Shown here: piece after piece, positions 26,310 through 39,031 of the stretch
How the letters are laid out: each line of letters begins with the position of its first letter
Numbering within the stretch: the first letter of the stretch is position 1
NCBI GenBank assembly: GCA_951406725.2
Contig: OX597823.1
Coordinates: 38,378,001-38,442,000, forward strand
Reading direction: 5' to 3'
DNA length: 64,000 bases
Source of the DNA: Octopus vulgaris
Lineage: Eukaryota
The notes under the pieces: model-generated
Told to the model about the DNA's origin: nothing
Database searches by the model: none
Seen by the model: the letters and a program-made list of their open reading frames with translations, nothing else
Translations under genes and position numbers: made by a program

Positions 26310-26900
26310 CCATCATATCTATTCTTCATGCAGACATGGGTTGGATGGCTCAACAGGAGCTGGCCAGCTGGAGAGCTGCCTGGGCTCCATTTGTCTGTTT
26401 TGTCATATTTTCTATGGCTGGATGCCTTTGTTAATGCCAATCACTTTACAGAGTGTACTGGATGCTTTTAATGTGGCACCAGCATGGGTGCTTTGATGTG
26501 GCCTCAGCACCTGCGAACCTTCAAGTGCAAGATCTATCAGTTGAGAGAGGAATGTACCTGTATGTATGGAAGGCTATGATTTTACATAGCTTGATGTGTC
26601 TTCTCAAGCACTAAAAGCCACCAGAAGTCTTGATCCTTTGTGATCTCCCCTGTGAAGCCCAATGTCTGAAGATTCTTTTTCATCATCTCATTCCATTTCT
26701 TCCTGGGTTTTCCAAACATTTCCTCCACAATTAGAGATTAGCACTTCTTGATGCAGTTGTCCTCATCCATATGCATCACATGACAATACCAGTGCAGTCT
26801 TCTCTCTTACACACTATATCTGATACTCATGTACCCAATTTTTCTCTCAGATCATTTATACTCTGTTGTACATGCATACTGACATTACCCATCCAGCAGA
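26310..26900 (-). mobile_element. 5'-truncated RTE copy (same family as 12940-14555)
   Basis: gcacttcttgatgcagttgtcctcatccatatgcatcacatgac aligns to 13745-13790, and the tail is the same. Confidence 0.8.
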
Positions 26901-27789
26901 GATGATGAAAATATTTCAAATAGTGCTTATATAAAGTAATGATAGCTTAATTTTTAATTACATACAAATGAATGGACAGGTACTTATCCATCTGTAAGCA
27001 AAGCAATGTTGTTTCACTCTCAAGTAACATTTATTTCATCATAGAATAGTTGGTGCTAGAAAGCATATACACTTGAATAAGAAAATATTTGCCTTGAACA
27101 GAAGATAAGAAAAATAGACACAAATATTAATTATTTGAAATTATTTTCTTATAGTGCAGTTATTATTTTAATTCATTGATGGATTCTATTGATATGTATT
27201 GATTTTCCAGTATCCATTATCGTTGCTAAAATTACCATGATAATACAAGCAAAGTATTAGTGGAAAACCAATATAAAATAGGTTTATTTTGAATCCTTAC
27301 TATTGAATTCTGAACTTATAAATACTATACAATCTTAGATATAATTTTATCTATTTTTATTACATATTTTGCATCTATATTTGAATTTAGTTATTTCAAA
27401 TATTTAAAAAATTAAAAAATTTTTCTATCTTCTTTCTCTCCCTCCCTTTTAAAAATTGTGAAATTATCTGATAAATATGATTAATTTAATTTCTGTAATT
27501 TCAGAATTACCATAGTAACCAACCCAGACATTGTTTTTAGATATCACATAAGATAGGGCACACAAACTGCTGCTCATAAGAATGAAATGTTTATCACTCT
27601 GTCCTTTAGTATGTTATTCTAGCAAAAGATTTAAAAGATGTTCTTGGTTAACTGGGTGTTACTATCTATGTAATTTTATAAATTAACATGTTTTTATTTA
27701 TGATTTTATAAAACCTTGTATTTTACACTGATATATTCAAACTAGTGTCTCCATCTTAATATTAAAATTACAGTATTATAGTTGTTGTA

Positions 27790-28150
27790 TGGCAGCAAGA
27801 CATGGACATTAAACATCACTATAATGAATGCATTGACACAGTGCATGGTGGATGCATCATACTTGAGATCACTGTGCGATTAGAAGAGAAACATTTGGAT
27901 CCAACAGCAGACAGGAATTGATGACATCATCACTACTCTCAAGAAGAGCACAGTCAGGCCAATCACATTGCTGGATTTAAGGACAACAGGTGGATGATAT
28001 GAGTGACAAAGTGAACTCTGAAAGAATGGACTAAATCATGAAACAAACCAAAGGTGAAATAGCACAATGATATTACCTACCACCTGGGACTTGTACAAAC
28101 AAGATTGGTCAGAGATAGATGTTGGTGGAAACAGTCTTAGGAGAAGTTCC
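27790..28150 (+). mobile_element. Decayed RTE C-terminal fragment of a different family
   Basis: Reads ANHIAGFKDNRWMI*VTK*TLKEWTKS*NKPKVK*HNDI, resembling the RTE WAGHIAR..DNRW...T.W.P....R..GRP..RW.DDI motif. Confidence 0.5.
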
Positions 28151-29039
28151 TCAATCTAAAGTGATATTAGCCCTAGAATGCATGAATAAATGACTTCTTT
28201 GGTCTTCTTTAGTTACAATGGTTGAAATAAAATGAAACTATAGTAGTCAAAACAAGGTGACTATTGGTCCAACAATACCAATGTATAATAATGATACTTC
28301 CTTGTTTTGGAAATTCAGACCAAAATTTTATAAATCCAGTTCAGGATTTATTTAAGATGGTGTGAAATATCATTGTAGCTGGCATGTCTTAGTTTAGCAT
28401 TCAGATTAATTCTGTCAAATGTAATCCTTATTTATTCATATTGTTTTGAATTAATCATAGATTATCATGTAGCTTTGAGATTTCAATGATGCAATTGATT
28501 ACATTTAGAATGACATTTTAAGTGAGATGCAAGAGGCTGGATCTGGCTGGTTTTAACATAAAACAGGCAGAATATTTGTGCCAGATATGGCCAGTTTAAA
28601 TGCTAAAAAATTAACACATTTTCTTTATAACGATTACATTTTTGCTGTTATATGATATGTATACATTTAAAATGTATCATACATCTTAAAGTATGAAAAA
28701 AATCTGTTGATAGTAAATATTTTGGTTAAAATCTAAACTGTTTCTGTATGTTCCAGGTTGACTTGTGTAGTTGGTGACTGAAGTGAATTTTAAAAATTAA
28801 ATATTATTATTTCATCTTGAAATAGTGTACTTAGATTAGAGAAGGTTGTACAACTAGGAGAGCTGTGAAGCTGTATATTGATATATAGTAAAATGTTACA
28901 GGTTGTAATGAAGTTTTGAAAAACATAAATGAATATTTTAAATGTATTTCTAAATTATAAACCCTGAAGAGGAAGCAAAAGGGAAGCATTTGGTTTGCAT
29001 TTGGATTCTGCACTAATGTCTTCACTAGTGATGGATTAT

Positions 29040-29772
29040 CACTAAGTTTTCTAATGAATCAGAAAACTACTGCTTTCAAAAAGTGTTTAGAGTGGAGTAA
29101 AAACCTACAGAATTGGTTTCTAGACCAGTGGAAGAATGTTATTTTCTCAGACAAGTCATCCTTTACCTTATTTCCAACCACTGGCTGAGTATACATGTGG
29201 AGACAGCCAAAAGAAGCATTTGACCCAGACTGCCTTCTTTCAACTGTTAAACATGGAGGAAATCTGGCTTTGTGCAGCTCCCAGCAAACAGTTTTTGTGG
29301 AAACTAGGTTCTCGAGGTGGTCATTAAGCTCTGCAGTAGTTTGGGAGCTGTACGTTTGGGATCATTTCTAACAATTCACGTAAGAATCCGACGGTCCCTA
29401 CCTGAAAGTTTTGGTTTTCTTCTGGAGTTTTGTTTTGACAAGGAGGTTTTTCCCTCTTTCTCAAAGGCTATCATTACTTTCGAGATAGTACTTCTTGATA
29501 CACTAAACATTTTGGCTGTTTTCGTTATGCTAGCACCTGCCATACGAGTACCAACAATTTGACCTCTTTGAAACTCCAATAGATCTGTCATTTTAATAAA
29601 TTTTAATTACCTTTTTCTGATGATATCAGAAAAGAAACAGCAGTTTTAGCAAAACATTTTAAGCAACACTAATAATAAACCAAAAAACATAAAAATAAGC
29701 AAGCTTTTGATGGTTTTATAGATATTTCAAAATTATGATGCTAGGTGTTTCCATTATTTTGTCCAACCCCTG
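29040..29772 (-). mobile_element. Tc1-like DNA transposon remnant with internal inversion
   Basis: TA plus TIR cagggGTTGGACAAAATAATGGAAACACCT (29772-29743). The N-terminal HTH (MTDLLEFQRGQIVG...GRDRRIL) is on minus, while WKNVIFSDKSSF (first Asp of the DDE) is on plus at about 29129-29164. Confidence 0.8.
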
Positions 29773-29777
29773 TATAT

Positions 29778-30345
29778 AAACTATAAAAAATACAAAAATG
29801 GGATAAGAACGTAAAACATCTAGACAGTGTTAGGTGATACAAAAAATGGACAACAAAACATCCAGACAGACAATACAAAGAAAACAAGGACAGGTCATGC
29901 GGAGTTTTCTATCCTCAGTTGAGTTCCAGATTATCTTTGCAATTTCAGCTGGTTATACTCGAGATTGCTCCAATCTGGCCAGCACCAAGGAAAAACTAAG
30001 CTAAGAGCATTAGATTCCTTGGAAGAAAGCAGTGAATATATACGAAAGCAAGGACAGAAAAAACAGAGAAATGTTACACAAATACAAATGCACTGTTTTT
30101 TCCATCCTTGTTTACATATATATTCACTGCTTTCTTGCAAGGAATCTAATGCTCTTAGCTTAGTTTTTCCTTGGGGCTGGCCAGATTGAAGCAATCTCGA
30201 GTATAACCAGCTGAAATTGCAAAGATAATCTGGAACTCAACTGAGGATAGAAAACTCTAAATGACCCATCTTTGTATTCTTTGTATCGTCTGTCTGGATG
30301 TTTTTGCATTCTTGTCCCATTTTTGTATTTTTTTTATATATAAAA
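29778..30345. mobile_element. ~570-bp palindromic element made of two inverted copies of a TA-associated repeat family
   Basis: Arms at about 29780-30066 and 30092-30340 are reverse complements with a ~25-nt spacer. The same family occurs at 58140-58560. Confidence 0.85.
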
Positions 30346-30387
30346 TATAGTGACGTACTTACACTTTGGTCTCTTATATGTAAGTAT

Positions 30388-31956
<1,569 letters not shown>

Positions 31957-32046
31957 TTGATTGATTGATTGATTGATTCTAGTTTCAGCTTATGAGCTGT
32001 GGCCATGCTGGGGCACCGCCATTTGGTGTTGCTACTTGGTTTCACT

Positions 32047-35000
32047 TCATGGAGGCTTTCTAGCAACTGCTATTTGGTGCATGAGAGAGTTCGATGCAGC
32101 TGCCCTCATCTGCCCCTCCTGCCGTGAAGTTGGTTCATCTGGGACACCTGACAGGAAGAGATCCAGCTTCATTTTAAAGACATCTGTATCCACCCCATGC
32201 AGGTCTCTCAGGTTCTTCGGGAGGATATTGAAGAGCTGTGGGCCTCGGAAGCCCAGGCTATCACAGAATCTTGTCCTACATCTTGATGGCAGGTTTGGAG
32301 TCCTAGGCACCACGCAGTGGCGCCCAGTTCTGGCATTTGCGTAACTCTCGATGCCAAAGTTCAGGACACTTCCCTCCAGGATCTTCCAGATGTATATTAT
32401 GGCATATCTTTCCCGCCTACGCTCCAGGGAATATAATTTTAATCTCTTGAGTCTTTCCCAGTAGCTTACATTCTGCATAGAGGCTATCTTCTTTGTGTAG
32501 CTTCGTTGGATCGCCTCAAGTTCTGTGATCAACTTGACACTGGATGGTGACCATAGCTGAGAGCAATAGTCAAAGTGGCTTAGGACAAGTGTCTTCCAGA
32601 GGACCATCATGGTTTCTTGTTCTCTTGTTCTAAAGGTTCTAAGAATCCATCCAGCCAGCCGTCTACATTTCATTGTCAGTTTAGCAACATGTACATGAAA
32701 GGTCGCGTCATCACTCATGTGAATACCCAGGTCACGCACTGATTGTGCCTCTGGGATTGCAATCCCTCCGGGTCCAGTGTATTCATTGGGTATTGCATTC
32801 AGTTTTGCATGCTGATAGTATAAAGCTTGAAACTTTCCAGCATTGAACTGCATGCTATTCTTTTCAGCCCACTTGTATATTTCGTCCAGCTCACATTGCA
32901 GGTGTTTAGTGTCCTCAGGGTTCTGTATTGCCTGTGAAACTTTTGTATCATCTGCATAACTTGTGATCGTGGCTCTCTGCGTGGCTGAGGGCATGTCTGA
33001 GAGGGCCATTATGAACAGTAGTGGTCCCAGAACAGTGCCCTGCGGAACACCGCTCACTATTTGTGTGTTAATGGAGGTGGCCCCATTGGCTACTACCACC
33101 TGACTTCTATCCTTCAGAAAGTCATGAAGCCATTCTCCCAGTTTTCCAACTATGTTGAGATCACGCAGTTTGTGACATATCATTCCATGATCGACTTTAT
33201 CAAAGGCCTTTGCAAAGTCGAGATATATCACTTCCACATTTGAGTGGTTGAGCAGCCGTTTCAGCACCCAGTCATAGTGTTGTAGGAGCTGAGTTAAACA
33301 GCTTCTCCCTGGTCGGAAACCATGTTGGGTGTCGGGCAGCAAGTCATTCTCTTCAAGGAAGGTGATCAGCTTCCTTCTGACTATTCGTTCCATGACCTTG
33401 CTGATGTGTGAGGTCAGAGAGATAGGTCTATAGTTCTTGGCTTCCGCTCTGCTACCTCCTTTATGAATGGGGCATATTTTACCTTCCTTCAGTTTTCCTG
33501 GAAGTTTGCCAGCTGCAAGGAAGCTCTGAAAGAGGAACTGCAGTGGTCTTGCTAGGACTCTCTTACATGCTTTTAGGAGGATTGCCGGGAATCCATCGGG
33601 GCCAGTAGCTGAGTCTGTTTTCATTTCATCTATAGCCTTGGTTACATCGTCTTCCTTTATATCGATGTAATCTATCGTCGCCGCCTCTGATTTTATATCT
33701 GCAGTGGTAAAAAAGTCAGTTGGATTGGTGATTTGGAGATGCCCAAGGGGTGGAGTGAAAACACTCTTGAATTGCTCATTCAGTATTTCACTTACCCTCA
33801 TTGGTTTTCCTGTAAGTGTGCCATCCTTTTCGAGGAGTGGCCCTATTCTACAGTGCACTGTAGCTGTTTCTTTGGCATACCTGTAGAAAGCTCTGGGGTT
33901 AGATTTTATGTTTTCTATAGCCCAGGCTTCTTTGTCTGCTCTTTCTTTTTCATGGGAGAGTTGCAGACATTTTTCGATTTCCAACAGTTTTATTTTTAGG
34001 CGGGACTTTTCACTGCTTTCAATCTGTTTGTTTAGGCGATTTGAAAATTTCGTACGCCGTCTCATTAAAATTTTCCTCTCTCTGGGGATTTTGTTCTTGT
34101 GTACAGTGGCCTTTCTCTCTGGGACACATTTGTAGCATATGGCTTGCATTACAGACATGAATTGTTGAAGTTTCACGTCGATGTCTGGCGAGGAGAGACA
34201 TTTAGGCCAGTTTTGTTTGAGGATCTCTTTCTCAATTTGTTTCCAGTTTGCCTTATGGTAGTTCAAGCTGGAAAGATTTTGAGGGTTTCTTGTAGGCTGC
34301 ATGTCCGTGCTCTCTTTTGGCCCGTACATGGTCAGCTCTATCATGTTGTGATCCGAGAGTAGTGTCGGTGTCACTTTCACATTATGGATGAGATCCATGT
34401 CATTTGTGAAGCAGAGATCCAGTGTGTTACCTGCCCTGGTTGGTTGGAGTATTACCTGCTCCATGTACAGGGTGTTGATGAGGTTCAGGAGGGACCTCGC
34501 CTGTCCTCGTTCACATCTTGTCATTCCTGGGAGAGAAAGGCCCTCGGGCCATCTGACATTGGGCAGATTGAAGTCTCCCATAAGAAGCACACCTATGTGT
34601 TGTTCTAATGTGGTTAGAATTTCTTCTATTTTTATAAGGCAGTCTTCAAACTTGCCCACATGGCTTGGGGCATCTGGAGGGCGATATGTAGCACACACAA
34701 CTACATCAAGTTGCCTAATATGTACAATTAGTGTGTCACACACCGAGTTTGAGTATGACAAGAGGACCTGGGGTGTGAGGTCCTCACGGATGTACATAGC
34801 AACACCTCCATGACTCCTTTCTTTCCTGTCGGTCCGTAGTACAGCATACTGTGGTATGTGTAACTCCGCATCTGCTATGTCCGGTTTCAGGTGCGTTTCT
34901 GTAAGTGCTATGCATAAGGCTTGATTGCATGCAACAAAGTCTCTCAGGAACGGGATCTTTGTCCTGTTACTGAGTGTTTGCAGTCCTCTGATGTTCAGTA

Positions 35001-35151
35001 GGAGTATCGAGGTGAGGTGTACGTTGTTGCCGGCGGTGTCCATCCTGTGTCTGTTTGCTGTGGTGGTCTGGTATATAGTGGGTAGTCCCACCTGCGGGCT
35101 TGGGTTTGATGAAGCCAGGTCAGCTGCTGTACAATCTTTTGTGCCATGCAC
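32047..35151 (-). CDS. LINE ORF2: APE endonuclease plus reverse transcriptase (start may be the ATG at 35043)
   Basis: APE motifs LNIRGL, LTETHL, YRPP, GDFN, LDL and SDH. RT motifs [37 protein letters not shown] and YADDTK. CR1-group C-terminus LYSLERRR. Confidence 0.96.
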   Translation of the reverse strand: MHGTKDCTAADLASSNPSPQVGLPTIYQTTTANRHRMDTAGNNVHLTSILLLNIRGLQTLSNRTKIPFLRDFVACNQALCIALTETHLKPDIADAELHIPQYAVLRTDRKERSHGGVAMYIREDLTPQVLLSYSNSVCDTLIVHIRQLDVVVCATYRPPDAPSHVGKFEDCLIKIEEILTTLEQHIGVLLMGDFNLPNVRWPEGLSLPGMTRCERGQARSLLNLINTLYMEQVILQPTRAGNTLDLCFTNDMDLIHNVKVTPTLLSDHNMIELTMYGPKESTDMQPTRNPQNLSSLNYHKANWKQIEKEILKQNWPKCLSSPDIDVKLQQFMSVMQAICYKCVPERKATVHKNKIPRERKILMRRRTKFSNRLNKQIESSEKSRLKIKLLEIEKCLQLSHEKERADKEAWAIENIKSNPRAFYRYAKETATVHCRIGPLLEKDGTLTGKPMRVSEILNEQFKSVFTPPLGHLQITNPTDFFTTADIKSEAATIDYIDIKEDDVTKAIDEMKTDSATGPDGFPAILLKACKRVLARPLQFLFQSFLAAGKLPGKLKEGKICPIHKGGSRAEAKNYRPISLTSHISKVMERIVRRKLITFLEENDLLPDTQHGFRPGRSCLTQLLQHYDWVLKRLLNHSNVEVIYLDFAKAFDKVDHGMICHKLRDLNIVGKLGEWLHDFLKDRSQVVVANGATSINTQIVSGVPQGTVLGPLLFIMALSDMPSATQRATITSYADDTKVSQAIQNPEDTKHLQCELDEIYKWAEKNSMQFNAGKFQALYYQHAKLNAIPNEYTGPGGIAIPEAQSVRDLGIHMSDDATFHVHVAKLTMKCRRLAGWILRTFRTREQETMMVLWKTLVLSHFDYCSQLWSPSSVKLITELEAIQRSYTKKIASMQNVSYWERLKRLKLYSLERRRERYAIIYIWKILEGSVLNFGIESYANARTGRHCVVPRTPNLPSRCRTRFCDSLGFRGPQLFNILPKNLRDLHGVDTDVFKMKLDLFLSGVPDEPTSRQEGQMRAAASNSLMHQIAVARKPP

Positions 35152-35906
35152 AAAAAAGATTGTTGCTCAGCAGCTGCTCTTTCGACAACATCATGTTGGC
35201 TGTTTGTGGCGCGCACAACATCTGCGTACCTCCGCTTTGGGGCAGGTGGTGCGTGGTCCATCCCTTTTCTTTGTGTTGATGGTTTGTCCATCTGCCTCGT
35301 GTCTCTGTGGCAGGGTCCCCGATGTGCAAAGCGGCAGCCTGCACCTTCCTTTCCATGCCAGCAGGAACCTCTCAGGTAGAACATACACACCCGTGTGCGC
35401 TGTTTGGTTCCATCCTTTGCGGTTCCACTTCTATTTCTGGTTGTTTCACTCTTTGGTCCTGCTTGAGCTTTTTCTTTTCCTTTAGCTCTTCCAGTCCTTC
35501 TTTTAGTTCTTCTTCCTCCCTCTACCTCTTCACCGGGTTCTCCGTCTCCATGGCCCTTGCTGCCGGTTGGAGAACTTGCACCTGGGTTCACTTCCCGGGC
35601 AGGTTTCTCATTCAAAACCTCCTCCCGGGCGTCCACCAGGTGGGGGTGACTTCTTTCATCGTCTCCATTCTTGCCATCTTTGCCCCGCTCGTTCTCAAAG
35701 ATGGCATCAAGTGCGCCAATGTGCGACCGTACAAGCGCATATGAGCGCACGAATTCCTGTCTCTTTCGCTCCATCTGAGCCGCTGTCCTCTTGTAGCCTC
35801 TGCTCTTCAGCGCAGCCGCAATCACCTCGCTAGGGCTATCTCCGCCGGCGCACTCCCATGCTCGTACGAATAAATCCAGCTCGTCACGTCTCCATGCTCT
35901 GGACAT
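34995..35906 (-). CDS. LINE ORF1 with N-terminal Myb/SANT (trihelix)-like domain and a CCCH zinc finger
   Basis: WRRDELDLFVRAWE...IAAALKSRGYKRTAAQMERKRQEF, and CMFYLRGSCWHGKEGAGCRFAH (C-x7-C-x8-C-x3-H). It lies upstream of and overlaps ORF2. Confidence 0.85.
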   Translation of the reverse strand: MSRAWRRDELDLFVRAWECAGGDSPSEVIAAALKSRGYKRTAAQMERKRQEFVRSYALVRSHIGALDAIFENERGKDGKNGDDERSHPHLVDAREEVLNEKPAREVNPGASSPTGSKGHGDGEPGEEVEGGRRTKRRTGRAKGKEKAQAGPKSETTRNRSGTAKDGTKQRTRVCMFYLRGSCWHGKEGAGCRFAHRGPCHRDTRQMDKPSTQRKGMDHAPPAPKRRYADVVRATNSQHDVVERAAAEQQSFLCMAQKIVQQLTWLHQTQARRWDYPLYTRPPQQTDTGWTPPATTYTSPRYSY

Positions 35907-35959
35907 GCTGGATAATCCGTCTATCCGTTTATCTATCTAATTATGTTCGAGAGAAGACA

Positions 35960-37250
35960 GGAAGATATTAAGGCTAATTAGAAGATAGAGTACTTGAAAA
36001 AGAAATATTAACAATATTAAAGTTTGTGTAAAAACGTTATTTGGGTAAAAACGTTATTTAATCTTAAGGCTAATTAGGGGATAGAGTATCTGAAAATGTA
36101 TTAGCAATATTAATATTATATTAGAGTGTGGATAAAAACGTTGTTTAATCTTAAGGCTAATTAGGAGATAGAGTATCTGAAAATATATTAGCAATATTAA
36201 TATTATATTAGAGTGTGGGTAAAAAAAACGTTATTTAATCTTAAGGCTAATTTGGAGATAGAGTATCTGAAAATATATTAGCAATATTAATATTATATTA
36301 GAGTGTGGGTAATATTAAACGTTATTTAATTTAATCTTAAGGCTAATTAGAAGACAGAGTATCTGAAAAATTATATATACAATATTAAGCAATATTAACC
36401 GTTATTTAATTTAATCTTAAGGCTAATTAGACGTTATTAATATTAAACGTTATTTAATTTAATCTTAAGGCTAATTAGAAGATAGAGTATCTGAAAATAT
36501 ATTAGCAATATTAATATTATATTAGAGTGTGGATAAAAACGTTATTTAATCTTAAGGCTAATCAGGAGATAGAGTATCTGAAAATATATTAGCAATGTTA
36601 ATATTATATTAGAGTGTGGGTAATATTAAACGTTATTTAATTTAATCTTAAGGCTAATTAGAAGATAGAGTATCTGAAGAATTATTAACAATATTAAAAC
36701 AATATTAAACGTTATTTAATTTAATCTTAAGGCTAATTAACAATAATTATTAACAATATTAAACAATATTAAACGTTATTTAATTTAATCCTAAGGCTAA
36801 TTAACAATAATTATTAACAATATTAAACAATATTAAACGTTATTTAATTTAATCTTAAGGCTAATTAACAGTAATTATTAACAATATTAAACAATATTAA
36901 ACGTTATTTAATTTAATCCTAAGGCTAATTAACAATAATTATTAACAATATTAAACGTTATTTAATTTAATCCTAAGGCTAATTAGACGTTATTAATATT
37001 AAACGTTATTTAATTTAATCTTAGGGCTAATTAGAAGATAGAGTATCTGAAAAATTATTAACAATATTAAAACAATATTAAACGTTATTTAATTTAATCT
37101 TAAGGCTAATTAACAATAATTATTAACAATATTAAACAATATTAAACGTTATTTAATTTAATCCTAAGGCTAATTTGACGGTATCAATATTAAACGTTAT
37201 TTAATTTAATCTTAAGGCTAATTAGAAGATAGAGTATCTGGAAAATTATT
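35960..37250. repeat. Tandem array of variable 35-90 bp units in the LINE 5' region
   Basis: The core aaacgttatttaat(ttaat)cttaaggctaatta recurs many times with alternative linkers. Confidence 0.92.
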
Positions 37251-37671
37251 ATATCGAGAACAGATATTGAAAATGTAAACAAACAAAATGACGATCGCAA
37301 CTTTAACTAAGATGTGGGCCTAAGTGAAAGATAAAATAGAATAATAAATAAAATATGAAATAGATGAAATTGATACTTAATCCAACAATGTGGTCTGGAT
37401 TATTTTTTTTTTTGGTTTACGGGATTTTTTTCAGGAGAGATGCTTCTTTTTCTTTCTTGCAGGAGATAACTTGATTCAGTTATTTTTGCACCATGTGCGT
37501 TTCGGCGAAAATGAAAATTACTGTGTATATGTATATATTTATATATATATTTTTAAAAATATTTTTAACCAAAGTGTTGTAGTGATCTCTATGACTTAGA
37601 GTTTTACGTTTTGCAACTACAGTGGGTTATTTCGCCGTTCTATGCAAACTTTTTCACAGAGCAAAGGCAAT

Positions 37672-38303
<632 letters not shown>

Positions 38304-38396
38304 AAATATTATTAGAGACAAAACCACTATTTTGCAAAACAAACAAGGAAAGACTTAATCAATACATAAAATTTTAATAAATAGTCAAAAAAACCG

Positions 38397-38439
38397 CCAC
38401 TACAATCGTTTCTTGTCTTGATCGACAATCTTCAGGTGG
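38397..38439 (-). ncRNA. Minimal type I hammerhead ribozyme
   Basis: Reverse complement reads ccac-CTGAAGA-ttgtc-gatcaa-gacaa-GAAAC-gatt-GTA-gtgg. Confidence 0.88.
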
Positions 38440-39031
38440 ACTTCAATCTAAAATATCAATATTTTAAAATATACAAATAATAATTTTAAAATAATTAAAG
38501 TATGAATGAAAAAATATAAATATATAATCCATATATAACCTATATATAATCCATATATAATCAATATATAAACAATATATAAACTAAAATAAACCTATCA
38601 ACAATTAAATATAAAATATAAAATATATAATATAAAACAAAACAAAAAAATAATAATAATAATATAATAATAAACTATATATACACCCATACACATATAC
38701 CTAATTATATATAACCATATCTAACTACATACACTAAACCACACACCTATATATATATCCCTATACATACACATAAAAACGTCTAGGCAACTATAAATAA
38801 ATAAAATAGCTAAATACTTCAACACAATACTTATTCATACTCCCACACACACACACATACAACCCACATTCACGCTCTAGAAAACGGACATCACTCAAAA
38901 TTATGAACGGAGAAATAGAATAAATGGAATTAAAAATTATATTCACTTGGTAAAACGAACACTACTTAAAAATTATGAATGAAACAATGCAATAAAACAA
39001 CAGACATCGCAAATATACACAAATTACTACG

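Noticed and set aside
33061-35833. Several + strand ORFs overlapping the LINE
   Set aside because: Antisense shadows of GC-richer coding sequence with no recognisable motifs.
35960-37250. CRISPR-like pattern of a constant core with variable intervals
   Set aside because: The intervals are themselves repeated modules rather than unique spacers, the context is eukaryotic, and there are no cas genes.
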